Source: Planktothrix sp. GU0601_MAG3 (GTDB taxonomy: Bacteria > Cyanobacteriota > Cyanobacteriia > Cyanobacteriales > Microcoleaceae). From it: a DNA stretch of 64,000 bases. Below, piece after piece: positions 1-11,137 of this stretch (the stretch's first letter is position 1; every line of letters begins with the position of its first letter). The DNA is taken from assembly GCA_035193785.1 (NCBI GenBank), contig CP136572.1, positions 3,956,578 to 4,020,577 on the forward strand, given 5' to 3'. Below the pieces are notes generated by a model. That model ran no database searches and was not told the DNA's origin. It saw nothing but the letters and a program-made list of their open reading frames with translations. The position numbers and the translations under genes are program-made.

Positions 1-2602
1 ATTTAGCGGATAATATACCCGGGATGATTTATCAATTCGTCCTACATCCCGACGGTTTCTATGAGTTTACCCTATGCCAGTTCAGGATGTTGGGATTTAT
101 ACGGTTTATCTCCCGCCCAGGCGATGATTAATGTACATCAATTATTTGAAAAAGTTCATCCCGAAGATTTTCAAGGAGTGTTAAATTCTATCTGTGATTC
201 GGCTGAAAGTTTAAGACCATGGAGTTATACCTGGCGGATTATTAATCACGAGGGTCAAATTAAATGGTTGCAGGGAAATTCCCGTCCCGAATCCCAACCA
301 GATGGCAGCGTTTTATGGGATGGTTTAATTATTGATATTACCCAAACTAAAGAGGCGGAAACCCTACTGCGGGAAACAGCCCGACGCCAACAAACCCAAG
401 CGCGAATTATTGGAAGAATGCGTCAAACCCTGGATGCGGAGACAATTTTTGCCACGGCGACTCAGGAACTCCGTTCTGAATTAAATAGTGATCGTGTGGG
501 AATTTATCAGTTTAATTCCGATGGTCAAGGTCAATTTGTGGCAGAATCCTTGGCATCAGGTTATCAACCTTTAATCTATCAATCAATTCAAGACTTACAC
601 TTTGATCCGAGCAGTTTTGAACCGGAAAATTGCGTTTTATCGAGTTTAAATGAGGAGGATAAAATTCAAGATACCTATTTGAGAGATATTCAAGAAGGAG
701 TGCATCGCGATGGCTTGAGTTATTTGTGTATTTCTGATATTTACCAAGCTGGATTTTCCGATTGTTATTTACAGTTATTAGAACGGATGCAGGTTAAAGC
801 CTATTTAATTGTCCCGATTTTTTGTCAAATGGTGTCACCGACAGTGGACGTTACACTCGAAAGTTTTACCATGGTTCCAGCTAAGTTAAAATTATGGGGA
901 CTTTTAGCGGTCTATCAACATTCCAGTTCCCGTCAGTGGCAAGCATCAGAAATTAATTTAGTCGTACAAATTGGTGCCCAATTAGGAGTGGCATTGCAAC
1001 AGGTGGCATTATTAACCCATACTCAAAAACAATCAGAAGAACTTTCTCAAGCTAAGGAAGCCGCCGATGCTGCCAACCGAGCTAAAAGTGAATTTTTGGC
1101 AAATATGAGCCATGAATTACGCACTCCTCTGAATGCAATTTTGGGATTTACACAACTGATGAATCTTGATTCTAGCCTAAGTTCAGAACAACAAGAACAT
1201 ATTGGGATTATTCATCGGAGTGGCAAACATTTATTAGCCTTAATTAATGATATTCTGGAGATGTCTAAACTAGAAGCCGACCGGATCAGCTTAAATCCGA
1301 CTCGCTTTGATTTATTTCAAGGGTTAGATTATATTCAAAATTTACTTAAAACAAAAATTAAAGCTAGGGGATTAGAATTTGAATTAGAACGGGCTGAAAA
1401 TCTGCCCCAATGGATTATTGCCGATGAAAATAAACTCAGACAAATTCTACTGAATTGTTTAGGACATTTGATGGGTTGGACAGAATCACAGATGCTCCGA
1501 GTTCGAGTTAAACCCCTATTCCCCCAGGGGGAATCCTCGGGTTGGGAGCCTAATTTCTCTACCCACAATATGCAACTGGAATTTGAAGTTGAAACCACCG
1601 TATCGAATCGACAATCCTTGGAAATTCGAGATTTATTAAAGCCCTTTACATCGATTCAACGCAGTCTCACCTTCCACAATACCGAACAATTCAGTTTACC
1701 CATTAGCCAACAATTTCTGCACCTGATGGAAGGAACAATTATGATAGAACATTCCTTAAATCAGGGGATAAAATTAAAGTTGGTAATTCCTGTTCAACTC
1801 CCCGAAATTCCACCGCCATCTCCGGTATCTTCCGCAAGAAAAATTATAGGTCTATCCCCAAATCAACTCAACTATCGCCTGTTAGTAGTCGAGGATCAAA
1901 TTTCCACAGCTTCCCCTCTGACTGAATTTTTGGAAACAGATGGGTTTTAACGTCCAGGAAGCAGAAAACGGGGAGCAAGCTTTAAGCCTTTGGCGGGTGT
2001 GGAAACCCCACTTAATTCTAGTGAAAATATGGATGCCGATTTTGAATGGTTATGAGGCGATGCAAAAAATTCGTCAGGAGGAATTTCCCGGGGAAAATCC
2101 CCTGGAGGGGTTGATCAATTCTGAGGCTGAATGCGAGGGTGTCAGCCCCCATCAAACGATTATTCTAGCAATGATTCCATCGGGGTCAGAGACGGATAAA
2201 CAGTTGGCCTTATCGGTGGGTTGTGATGACTTTTTGTATACCCCTTTTCCAGAGGATGAACTTTTAGATAAAATAGGTGAATATTTGAAGGTGCAGTATC
2301 AATATGCACCCCCATTTTTATCTGAATCATCGGGAGTACCTACCGAGTCCGATAATGCTACTATGACTCAATCTCTAGTTTCTGCGACTCCCTCACAGAT
2401 CATGCCGCTCGAATGGGTAGAACAACTCTATCATGCGGCTGCCCAATGTAGCGATCGCTTACTACTCCAGTTAATCAGTCAAATCCCTCCTGAATATGAA
2501 GCAACGGCCGAATATTTGAACCGCTTAGTGGATAATTTTCGCTTTGATCAAGTGATGGAATGGGCGAAACGACCTGAAGATTCTGCGAAAAACATACAAT
2601 GA
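1..2602 (+). CDS. Hybrid sensor kinase-like protein, 5'-truncated by the window: PAS - insert-Cys cyanobacteriochrome GAF - HisKA - degenerate HATPase - pseudo-receiver
   Basis: ORFs 61..1950 and 1940..2602 plus an upstream frame ([12 protein letters not shown]) join after removing one base at ~57 (GTTTC) and one at ~1936 (GAAAC, giving FLEQMGFNV). Motifs: H-box [26 protein letters not shown] and SDCY. Confidence 0.85.
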
Positions 2603-4390
2603 TTGAGAACCAACCTGGGATTTGTAAAGGCAATATTTTGATTATCGACGATAATCCTGAAAATTTGCGTCTACTATCGAGAATGTTGATCCGCCGAGGC
2701 TATGAAGTCCGTCAGGCTTTAAATGGAATTATCGCCTTGAGGGCGATTGAAATTCAACTACCTGATATTGTTTTATTAGATATTATGATGCCTCATATAG
2801 ATGGGTATGAGGTGTGTAAAAAGATTAAAAATAATCCTGAAACAGCAAATATTCCAGTGATTTTTTTAAGTGCCTTAGACGAAGTTCAAAATAAAATTAA
2901 AGGCTTTGCGGCTGGGGGGGCTGATTATATTACTAAACCGTTTCAATTTGATGAAGTTTTAGTCCGGGTTCAAAATCAATTGTCGTTACAATTTGCTCGA
3001 CAAAGAATTGTAAAATTGAATACAGAATTAGAACAACGGGTGAAAGAACGTACCCAAGAAACTGGAAAATGTTCATGCCCAATTAATGAAAAAAGCCCTT
3101 TATGATGAGTTGACCGCCCTCCCCAATCGGGTCTTATTCATTCAACATTTGGAATCGACTATTAAACAATTACCAGACCGTCCCAATCATCCCTTTGCGG
3201 TGTTGTTTTTGGATTGCGATCGGTTTAAAGTGATTAATGATTCTTTGGGACATTCCGTTGGGGATCAATTATTAGTTGCTATTGCCCAACGGTTAAAATC
3301 CACCCTATCCCCTACTGATATTTTATCCCGGTTTGGGGGAGATGAATTTGCGATTTTATTAACGGATTTAACCGAACCTAAAATCCCCATTCAAACGGCG
3401 GAGAAAATTATTGCTATTTTGGCGGAACCCTTTGCTATTCTATCCTATCCTATTTATATTAATGCCAGTATTGGAGTAGCCTATAGTCAACCGGACTATA
3501 CCCGACCGGAACAAATTTTACGCGATGTGGATACGGCTATGTATCGGGCAAAATCCCGAGGGATTTCCTGTTATCAAGTTTTTGATCATAGTATGTATAA
3601 AAATGCCCTATCTTTTTTGCAGCTTGATGCGGATTTACGCACGGCAATCAAAGAACAACAACTGGGAGTTAATTATCAGCCGATTATTGCGTTGAAAACC
3701 GGAAAAATTGTGGGATTTGAAGCCTTGGTTTGTTGGGAGCACCCCCAACGGGGTTTAATCCCTCCTAATGAGTTTATTCCCGTAGCGGAAGAAACAGGTT
3801 TAATTACAGAAATTGGTAATTTTGTTTTGCGACAGGCTGGAGCACAGATCTATTGTTGGCAACAACAATTTTCGGAAATTCCCTTAACCATTAGTATTAA
3901 TCTCACCCCTAGACAATTTACTCAAAATAATTTAATTGCCCAACTAGATAAAATTGTTGAACAAACTCATTTGAGTTATAAATGTTTAAAATTGGAAATC
4001 AAAGAAAGTGCAATTATGAATAACGTTAAAACCGCACAAATTATATTAGATCAGTTACGACAACGAGAAGTTCAAATCAGTTTAGATGATTTTGGCACGG
4101 GATATTCTTCTTTGAGTTATCTGCATTCATTTCCCGTTGATACCTTGAAAATTGACCGTTCTTTTATTCAGCAATTAGACGAAGATACTCAACAATTTAG
4201 CCTAGTTCCCGTGATTATTAATATTGCTCAAAAAATGAGGATGAATGTTATTGCAGAAGGCATAGAAACCGCCCAACAATTAAAAAAATTAAGACAGTTA
4301 AATTGTGATTTTGGCCAGGGTTATTTCTTCTGCGCCCCACTCAACCCGGAACAAGCTGTTAACCTACTCCTATCACCGCCCCAATGGTAA
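2599..4390 (+). CDS. REC-GGDEF-EAL response regulator (diguanylate cyclase/phosphodiesterase)
   Basis: REC (ILIIDD..LLDIMMP..KPF), SRFGGDEF, GFEAL and DDFGTGYSSL motifs. Two ORFs join by removing one A at ~3061 (TQELENVHAQLMKK). Confidence 0.9.
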
Positions 4391-4546
4391 TCAGTCATCA
4401 GTTATCAGTCATCAGTTATCAGTTATCAGTTATTAGTCATTAGTTATCAGTTATTAGTCATTAGTTATCAGTTGTTAGTTATTAGTTATTAGTTAAGTAC
4501 CTAAACAAAATTAATTACAAACCCTGTTCCCTGTTCCCTGTTCCCT
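4389..4546. repeat. Heptamer short tandem repeats (TCAGTTA/TTAGTTA, then CCCTGTT)
   Basis: Tandem 7-mers visible immediately after the stop codon, typical of filamentous cyanobacterial STRR. Confidence 0.9.
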
Positions 4547-4624
4547 AGCGCTATATCAGTGTAAAAAGTAACATTTATTGCCAGTCAGTTTCAGGTTAAG
4601 CCCTTTTGATATCCCTTAATCCCC

Positions 4625-4652
4625 GTGGAGACGCGCCATGGCACGTCTCTAC
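4625..4652. repeat. GTAG-type REP-like palindrome (GTGGAGACGCGCCATGGCACGTCTCTAC)
   Basis: Imperfect palindrome; related copies at 15516-15543 and 54290-54317. Confidence 0.75.
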
Positions 4653-4658
4653 AATGGA

Positions 4659-5011
4659 CTAACGGGTGATATCAATTTGGATTTTGCCACTAAAGTCAGG
4701 AATCGGTGGGGCGGGTTTGGTTAACTGTACCCGAACTTTTTCTACTCGTGGTTGTTGTAATAGGGTGTCGGTAATTTCTGTGGCTAATCGTTCCAAAAGG
4801 GCGAATTTGCTGGTTTTAATCACGTTCTCAACGGTTTTCTGATGGTCTGGCGATAGTCGAGGGTATCGGCGATCGCATCACTGCTACCCACGGGTCTTAG
4901 ATCTAACCACAGGGTAATATCGGCTTCAAACCATTGTCCCAAAACCTGTTCTTCGGGTAAATATCCGGTATAACCGTAGCTGCGAATCCCTGAAATGTGG
5001 ATTGAGTCCAT
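4659..5011 (-). CDS. folB: Dihydroneopterin aldolase
   Basis: MDSIHISGIRSYGYTGYLPEEQVLGQWFE...LDY, continuing after a 2-base excess at ~4835 as KFALLERLA...VQLTKPAPPIPDFSGKIQIDITR*. Confidence 0.9.
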
Positions 5012-5066
5012 AATTCCCAAAATAAAATGATATTTTCTCAAGAATATGCTATATTAATGGAAGTGT

Positions 5067-5139
5067 GGGTATGTAGCTCAGTGGATAGAGCATCAGGTTC
5101 CGGTCCTGAGGGTCGGGGGTTCGAGTCCCTCCATACTCG
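5067..5139 (+). tRNA. trnR: tRNA-Arg (CCG)
   Basis: Cloverleaf with acceptor GGGTATG/CATACTC, D arm GCTC..GAGC, anticodon arm TCAGG-TTCCGGT-CCTGA and T loop TTCGAGT; CCA not encoded. Confidence 0.95.
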
Positions 5140-5338
5140 TTTTTTTGTGGCTGCCATAACCTAACTACCGTAGGTGTTTCAATTATTTTGATCCTTAGCT
5201 TTGATTTTTGCTTGTGTTGAATAATTAGTCAAGCGTATAGCCATGTTAGCCGTAAGTAAATAGTAGCTCGTCCGGGGGATTTTGTCAAGTAAATTCCCGG
5301 GAAATCGGCGAAAAATTTATCAAATGGCCAATAATAGA

Positions 5339-5909
5339 CTACAGATGAGAATCAAGATTAAGTAAAGGAAACTCGGTTTTGATATTCCAAGTTTGTCCGT
5401 TATGAATTAATAAAGTTAATTGAGGGACGGTAAACTCAAAATAAATCGGACGTTGGGCAAATTCTAGCCATGCGGCTTTAAAAGCTATTCGACTTAAATC
5501 TTTAAAAGCGACAGTAACATGGGGAGAAAACGGACGTTTTTTAGAAACTTCATCAACAATATTAAGCTGTTGTTCTAAATTATTGATTAACTGTTGTTGA
5601 AGATTAATTAATTCTGGTGTTTTGATTACATCTACAAACAGGACACGCGGCGGGAATGAAACTAAACCCCGATAGGGTGATTGGAATAGGGGGACAATTC
5701 ATTGCAAATGTAGTTAAATGTTGTTCTAAAGTTGGCAGATTTTCGGTTAACCATTTAAACGGAGGTTGTAAAGTAATATGGGGAGGGGATTTCAAGGCAT
5801 GGCAACTATTATAGGTTTGAGCACAATATTGTTTAATATCTGTAATTTGATTTTGAATAGGTTGGGGAGGGAGTAAGGCAATAAAAAACAATTTTTCTGA
5901 AGTTTTCAT
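5339..5909 (-). CDS. 2H phosphoesterase / 2'-5' RNA ligase family protein
   Basis: Two HxT motifs (PPHITL, SPHVTV). Frame restored by removing one base at ~5660 (SGFSSFPPRVLF). Confidence 0.85.
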
Positions 5910-6042
5910 ATCAAATGCCCGTAGGATGCCACCATAAACGTGCACGCACCATAACAATAATGTTATATGAAATCCTTAAATTAGTGCTACAGATGGCAAA
6001 TGAATTTGAGAGTTAAGAGAGTCCTGAAGGACTCACTACGGT

Positions 6043-7197
6043 TTATTTTTGGTCGGGTAGTGCTAAACAATCTGTTGTTCCCCAACAGACATAAACGGGG
6101 GTATTGCTATCGGGTAAACTATCGAAGGTTTTGGGTTGACGAACCATAATATTTTCCCCCGATAATAATTTCACCACATATTGAATATGGGTTCCCAAAT
6201 ACATTGTATTTAATAAACGACCTTCAAAACAATTCACCGAGTTGCTAACGGGATAAAAACTCAATGTCACTTTCTCAGGACGCACACTAACAACCGCCGA
6301 CGCACCTGTTCTTAAATTTTGCTGGGGGAGTTGAATACCGGGAATTTCAATCTGTTGAATTTCAATACTTAATCCAGTTTCCGTAACTATAAATAAACTG
6401 GTAGCATCGACACCTTCAACCGTACCCCGAAATAGGTTAGTGTCCCCAATAAAATCTGCGACAAAGGGAGTTTGAGGATATTCATAAATCTCGTTAGGAC
6501 TACCAATTTGTTCAATTCTGCCATCGTGCATCACAGCAATTCGGTCAGACAGACTCATGGCTTCCTCTTGGTCGTGGGTGACCATAATAAAAGTTAAACC
6601 CAAATTGCGATGGAGATTGGTGAGTTCCACCTGCATTTGTTTCCGCAGTTTTAAATCCAAAGCCCCTAAAGGTTCATCTAATAATAATACCGCCGGACGA
6701 TTAACTAAAGCCCTAGCTAAAGCCACCCGTTGCTGCTGACCCCCGGACAGTTGGGAGGGATAACGGTTAGCAAAGGATTCCATTTTCACTAAAGCTAACG
6801 CTTCCCGAACTTTCTCCTCAACTTCCGGCTTGATGATGCGTTTTAGCCTAAGTCCAAAGGCGATATTTTCCCAAACCGTCAAATGGTTAAATAGGGCATA
6901 ACTCTGAAATACCGTATTCACCGGACGCAGATAGGCGGGAGTCTGGGTAACGGACTGACCCCGAATTAGGACTTCTCCGGCCGAAGGCATTTCAAACCCA
7001 GCTATCAGTCGCAGTGTTGTGGTTTTACCGCAACCCGATGGCCCTAAAATACTAAAAAATTCCCCTCGACGAATATCGAGATCCACGCCACGAACGGCCG
7101 TTTCCCCATTAAAGACTTTGAACACTTTGCGAAGTTCAACATCAAACTTCGCTGGCGCCCCAATAGCACCTTGATTCTGCGTAGCCGCTTGCAGCAT
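6043..7197 (-). CDS. potA: Spermidine/putrescine ABC transporter ATP-binding subunit
   Basis: [36 protein letters not shown]-terminal TOBE-like region. Confidence 0.88.
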   Translation of the reverse strand: MLQAATQNQGAIGAPAKFDVELRKVFKVFNGETAVRGVDLDIRRGEFFSILGPSGCGKTTTLRLIAGFEMPSAGEVLIRGQSVTQTPAYLRPVNTVFQSYALFNHLTVWENIAFGLRLKRIIKPEVEEKVREALALVKMESFANRYPSQLSGGQQQRVALARALVNRPAVLLLDEPLGALDLKLRKQMQVELTNLHRNLGLTFIMVTHDQEEAMSLSDRIAVMHDGRIEQIGSPNEIYEYPQTPFVADFIGDTNLFRGTVEGVDATSLFIVTETGLSIEIQQIEIPGIQLPQQNLRTGASAVVSVRPEKVTLSFYPVSNSVNCFEGRLLNTMYLGTHIQYVVKLLSGENIMVRQPKTFDSLPDSNTPVYVCWGTTDCLALPDQK

Positions 7198-7376
7198 AGT
7201 GTTATGTTCGGAGATTTACCCTGACTACAGCTTATCTGATCAACAGTCTTACTGACAAGATGATAGCCTAGGGGAGTCCAGATTGCACTTGACAGCATGA
7301 GACCGATTCCGGTGTACAATATCGAGCGCGAAAGTGCAGCAATTGAAGGGCTAACTTGGTGTGAGGAGTTAAATGA

Positions 7377-8195
7377 ATGAATTGGCAAAAAGATCCCCTG
7401 TCCGTCCTGCAAGATACAAGTCGAACGTTTCATATCCCCATTAGTCGTTTGCCTCCTTTACTCCAAGAAGCCGTGGCGTCTGCGTATTTGTGTATGCGGG
7501 CAATTGATGAAGTTGAAGATCATCCCGGTTTGGATAATGCCACAAAAGCCCGATTGCTGCATAGGATGAGCCAAAATTTTCAAGCGGCGGTATGTCGAGA
7601 AACCATTGCTGATGATTGGTTTGCGGAATTTTCCGATATTGAAACCTTGGAAGAAGTGACCCTACGGGTGGGAGAGTGGGCCAAGTTAGCCCCGGAACGG
7701 ATTGGCCCCCGGATTTGGGACGCCACGGCGGCGATGGCTGACCGGATGGCGTTTTGGGCCGAACGTAATTGGCGAATTGAAACCGAAACTGAGTTAGATC
7801 AATATACCTTTAGTGTGGCGGGGGCTGTGGGGCTGTTGTTGTCGGATTTGTGGGCCTGGTATGATGGTACACAAACCCACCGAGTTCACGCCATTGGCTT
7901 TGGTCGGGGGTTACAGGCGGTGAATATTCTGCGGAATTATCGGGATGATGGGAGTCGAGGGGTGGATTTCTTTCCCGAAGGTTGGACGTCGGAACAAATG
8001 CACAGCTATGCTAAACGCAATTTAGTGTTAGCGGATGCCTATACTGAGGCCTTACCCTCTGGCCCCGCCTTGGATTTTTGTCGAATTCCCCTAGCTTTGG
8101 CCCATGCCACTTTAAATGTATTAGCAGACGGTCAAGACAAACTAACTCGCAGCGCAGTTGTGGAATTAATTGAACAGGTTTGTGGCGGTAAGTAG
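7377..8195 (+). CDS. Squalene/phytoene synthase family protein (squalene synthase-like)
   Basis: [29 protein letters not shown] and GLQAVNILR motifs. Confidence 0.85.
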   Translation: MNWQKDPLSVLQDTSRTFHIPISRLPPLLQEAVASAYLCMRAIDEVEDHPGLDNATKARLLHRMSQNFQAAVCRETIADDWFAEFSDIETLEEVTLRVGEWAKLAPERIGPRIWDATAAMADRMAFWAERNWRIETETELDQYTFSVAGAVGLLLSDLWAWYDGTQTHRVHAIGFGRGLQAVNILRNYRDDGSRGVDFFPEGWTSEQMHSYAKRNLVLADAYTEALPSGPALDFCRIPLALAHATLNVLADGQDKLTRSAVVELIEQVCGGK

Positions 8196-8403
8196 GGAGC
8201 AGGGGGAGCAGGGGGGCGGGGGAGGCAGGGGGAGCAGGGGGAGCAGGGGGAGCAGGGGGAGCAGGGGGAGCAGGGGGAGCAGGGGGAGCAGGGGGAGCAG
8301 GGGGAGCAGGGGGAGCAGGGGGAGCAGGGGGAGGTAGGGGATGTAAAATCTTTCTTTTTATTTCCTATTTCCTATTTCCTATTTCCTATTTCCTATTTCC
8401 TAG
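8194..8403. repeat. G-rich nonamer tandem repeat (AGCAGGGGG)n followed by (TTTCCTA)n
   Basis: Directly visible; related G/C-rich tracts at ~17772-17808, ~24680-24795 and ~44907-44992. Confidence 0.9.
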
Positions 8404-8454
8404 TATTTTTTGGTTTAAAATCATAGATAAAGTAGATTTTATCAATGGGAAAAA

Positions 8455-9864
8455 ATGGCTGAATTTTTGGAAAATGGGGGAACAATTGTAGCGATCGCCA
8501 CTGCCATTGTACCACAACAGGGGAGCGTGGGAATTGTGCGGATGTCGGGGAGTGAATCCCAATCCATTGCTAAACAGTTATTTGATCCTCCAGGACGGCA
8601 AGTTTGGGAAAGTCACCGAATTTTATATGGGTATATTCGCCATCCCCAAACCAAAAAAACCATTGATGAAGTGTTGTTATTATTAATGTTATCTCCCCGT
8701 TCCTATACCCGGGAAGATGTGGTAGAATTTCACTGTCATGGGGGAATAATTGCGGTTCAACAGGTGTTACAATTGTGTATAGAATTGGGGGCAAGGTTGG
8801 CACAACCGGGAGAATTTACTCTCCGAGCTTTTTTAAATGGCAGATTAGATTTAACTCAAGCCGAAAGTGTGGCGGAATTAGTCGGCTCTCAATCAATTGC
8901 GGCGGCACAAACGGCTTTGGCTGGATTACAAGGAAAATTAGCCAATCCAATTCGAGAATTACGGGCAACCTGTTTAGATATTTTAGCTGAAATTGAAGCT
9001 AGAGTTGATTTTGAGGAGGATTTGCCCCCGTTAAATGAGTCGGAAATTATCGCCCAAATCCATCAAGTTTTGGGAGAATTATCGCAATTTTTAGCAACGG
9101 CTGACACGGGAGAACTATTAAGAACCGGGTTAAAAGTAGCAATTGTCGGTCGTCCGAATGTGGGAAAATCAAGTTTATTAAATGCTTGGAGTCGGAGCGA
9201 TCGCGCCATTGTTACGGACTTACCGGGAACGACTCGGGACGTGGTAGAATCGCAATTAGTTGTGGGAGGAATCCCGATTCAAGTATTAGATACGGCTGGA
9301 ATTCGTCACTCAGAGGATCAGGTGGAAAAAATTGGAATTGAGCGATCGCATCAAGCCGCCCAATCCGCCGATTTAGTGTTATTAACCCTGGATGCTGTTG
9401 TAGGTTTAACTGAAGCAGATTTAGAGATTTATCAACAGATAAAACATGGTCATTTTATTGTTATAATTAATAAAATAGATCAGGTTAAAATAGATCAATT
9501 AGAGGCGATAAAACTAACAGTTATTCAAAGTTTAAATATAGAAAATATTGCGATTGTTCAAATGGCTGCTGCTTTAAATCAGGGGATTCCAGAGTTAGAA
9601 ACAGCCATATTAAATTCAGTTTACGGCGAAAATATTCAAGCTGCTAATTTAGAATTTGCCATTAACCAACGTCAAGCCGCCGCCTTAACCCGTGCTAAAG
9701 TTTGTTTAGAAGAAGTGGAAACAACCATTAATGATCAACTTCCCTTTGATTTCTGGACAATTGATCTCCGAGGTGCGATTCATGCGTTAGGGGAAGTCAC
9801 GGGAGAAGAAGTTACAGAATCGGTTTTAGATCGGATATTTAGTCGGTTTTGTATTGGGAAATAG
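8455..9864 (+). CDS. mnmE: tRNA uridine-34 modification GTPase MnmE/TrmE
   Basis: [40 protein letters not shown] and C-terminal FCIGK. Confidence 0.97.
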   Translation: MAEFLENGGTIVAIATAIVPQQGSVGIVRMSGSESQSIAKQLFDPPGRQVWESHRILYGYIRHPQTKKTIDEVLLLLMLSPRSYTREDVVEFHCHGGIIAVQQVLQLCIELGARLAQPGEFTLRAFLNGRLDLTQAESVAELVGSQSIAAAQTALAGLQGKLANPIRELRATCLDILAEIEARVDFEEDLPPLNESEIIAQIHQVLGELSQFLATADTGELLRTGLKVAIVGRPNVGKSSLLNAWSRSDRAIVTDLPGTTRDVVESQLVVGGIPIQVLDTAGIRHSEDQVEKIGIERSHQAAQSADLVLLTLDAVVGLTEADLEIYQQIKHGHFIVIINKIDQVKIDQLEAIKLTVIQSLNIENIAIVQMAAALNQGIPELETAILNSVYGENIQAANLEFAINQRQAAALTRAKVCLEEVETTINDQLPFDFWTIDLRGAIHALGEVTGEEVTESVLDRIFSRFCIGK

Positions 9865-9897
9865 TCTTAATTTGAATGAAGTACAGTTTCTAGGGAT

Positions 9898-9930
9898 AAA
9901 AACCCGGTTTCTTTGAGAAACCGGGTTTTT
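9898..9930. terminator. Palindrome AAAAACCCGGTTTCT-TTG-AGAAACCGGGTTTTT, probable bidirectional terminator or dispersed repeat
   Basis: Perfect inverted repeat with A/T tails between convergent mnmE and mcrC. Confidence 0.7.
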
Positions 9931-9957
9931 GGGTGTACCCAATTTCAACGCATACTG

Positions 9958-11137
9958 CTATATGCTACTTAATAATGCTTTTAAAAACCTTTGACCGGAC
10001 TGTTCTAAATCATCTTCTAAAGAAAAGGTGAGACTCTGTAAACGGATTGAACTATTAGGAAACCAGACAATTTAGCGGTTTATTTAAAGGTTTTGGATAA
10101 ACTAAAATAGCATTTTGACTATTTTTTAAAGTAGCATAGGCGATCGCTTGATAAATGTCTAAGTTTGACGGTTTGGAATCAGGAATTTTATATTTAGTAT
10201 CGAGAATAAAGATAACTTGCTTTGTATTTTTATCATAAATAACTAAATCAATCTTAGAATCTACAATTTTACAAAAATTAACACTTTCTTGATCTTTAAT
10301 TTCAAAGTTAGCGGGAATATGGGATTTTAACCAAGCATAAACAAATTTTTCATAGAGTATATCAGTTCTAACTAAAAAAGGAAACATCTGATAATTTCCG
10401 ACTTGATGCGCTACTCCACAATTATCTAAGAAAAATCGACATAAACTGTGTAAAGTCTGATAATCTTGATTCAATCTATTATAGGATCTATTAATACAAT
10501 CATCCCCCTTAAAAGGTCGTTGAGTCGCTAAACCTTGTAAGGTATGATAGGCTTTTCTAACGGTTGTTGATAGCTGTTCTGAACATAACCCACTGCGACC
10601 AATAATATCTAATGTCCATAACAAGATTTGATTATCTTCTATATCAGCCGTATACTGATTATATTCGCAATTGAGTTTAACTGTCCCAGGATGTTTAAAC
10701 TGATATTGAAAATCAACTTTTCCCCGAACATAAGGCAAAAGTTCAGTATTTTTAAGATAAGTTCGATAAAATCCTTTGCGACTTTGAGCTAATATTTTTT
10801 GTATTAAAATATCAGCTAATCTATTATAAAATTCTGGAATAGTTTCACAATGAACAGATCCGTCTAGGAGTTGAAAACTGTTAAGATTATAGGTATATTC
10901 CAACATCCTAAATAAATTAGCAATGAGAACTTTAGGTTTTAGAAAAATCTGAATATCAGGCGTTAAGGGAATGAAACCCACATAACTTTTAGCGGTGAGT
11001 TTATATTGTTTCTTGGTTTTCGGGGATGGATAATCAATATCAATATATTTATAATAATTATGATAAATCAGATCTGCGATCGCTTCCTCTAATTCCTCTG
11101 GCTTAAAGAATTTAGGTTGATATTCTATCAGTTTCAA
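9958..11137 (-). CDS. mcrC: McrC-family PD-(D/E)xK restriction endonuclease subunit
   Basis: YVGFI, LFRMLEY, LYEKFV, KIDLVI..ILDTKYK and DIYQAIAYA motifs. C-terminus restored by removing one base at ~10061 (LVPNSSIRLQSLTFSL...). Overlaps the mcrB stop. Confidence 0.88.
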
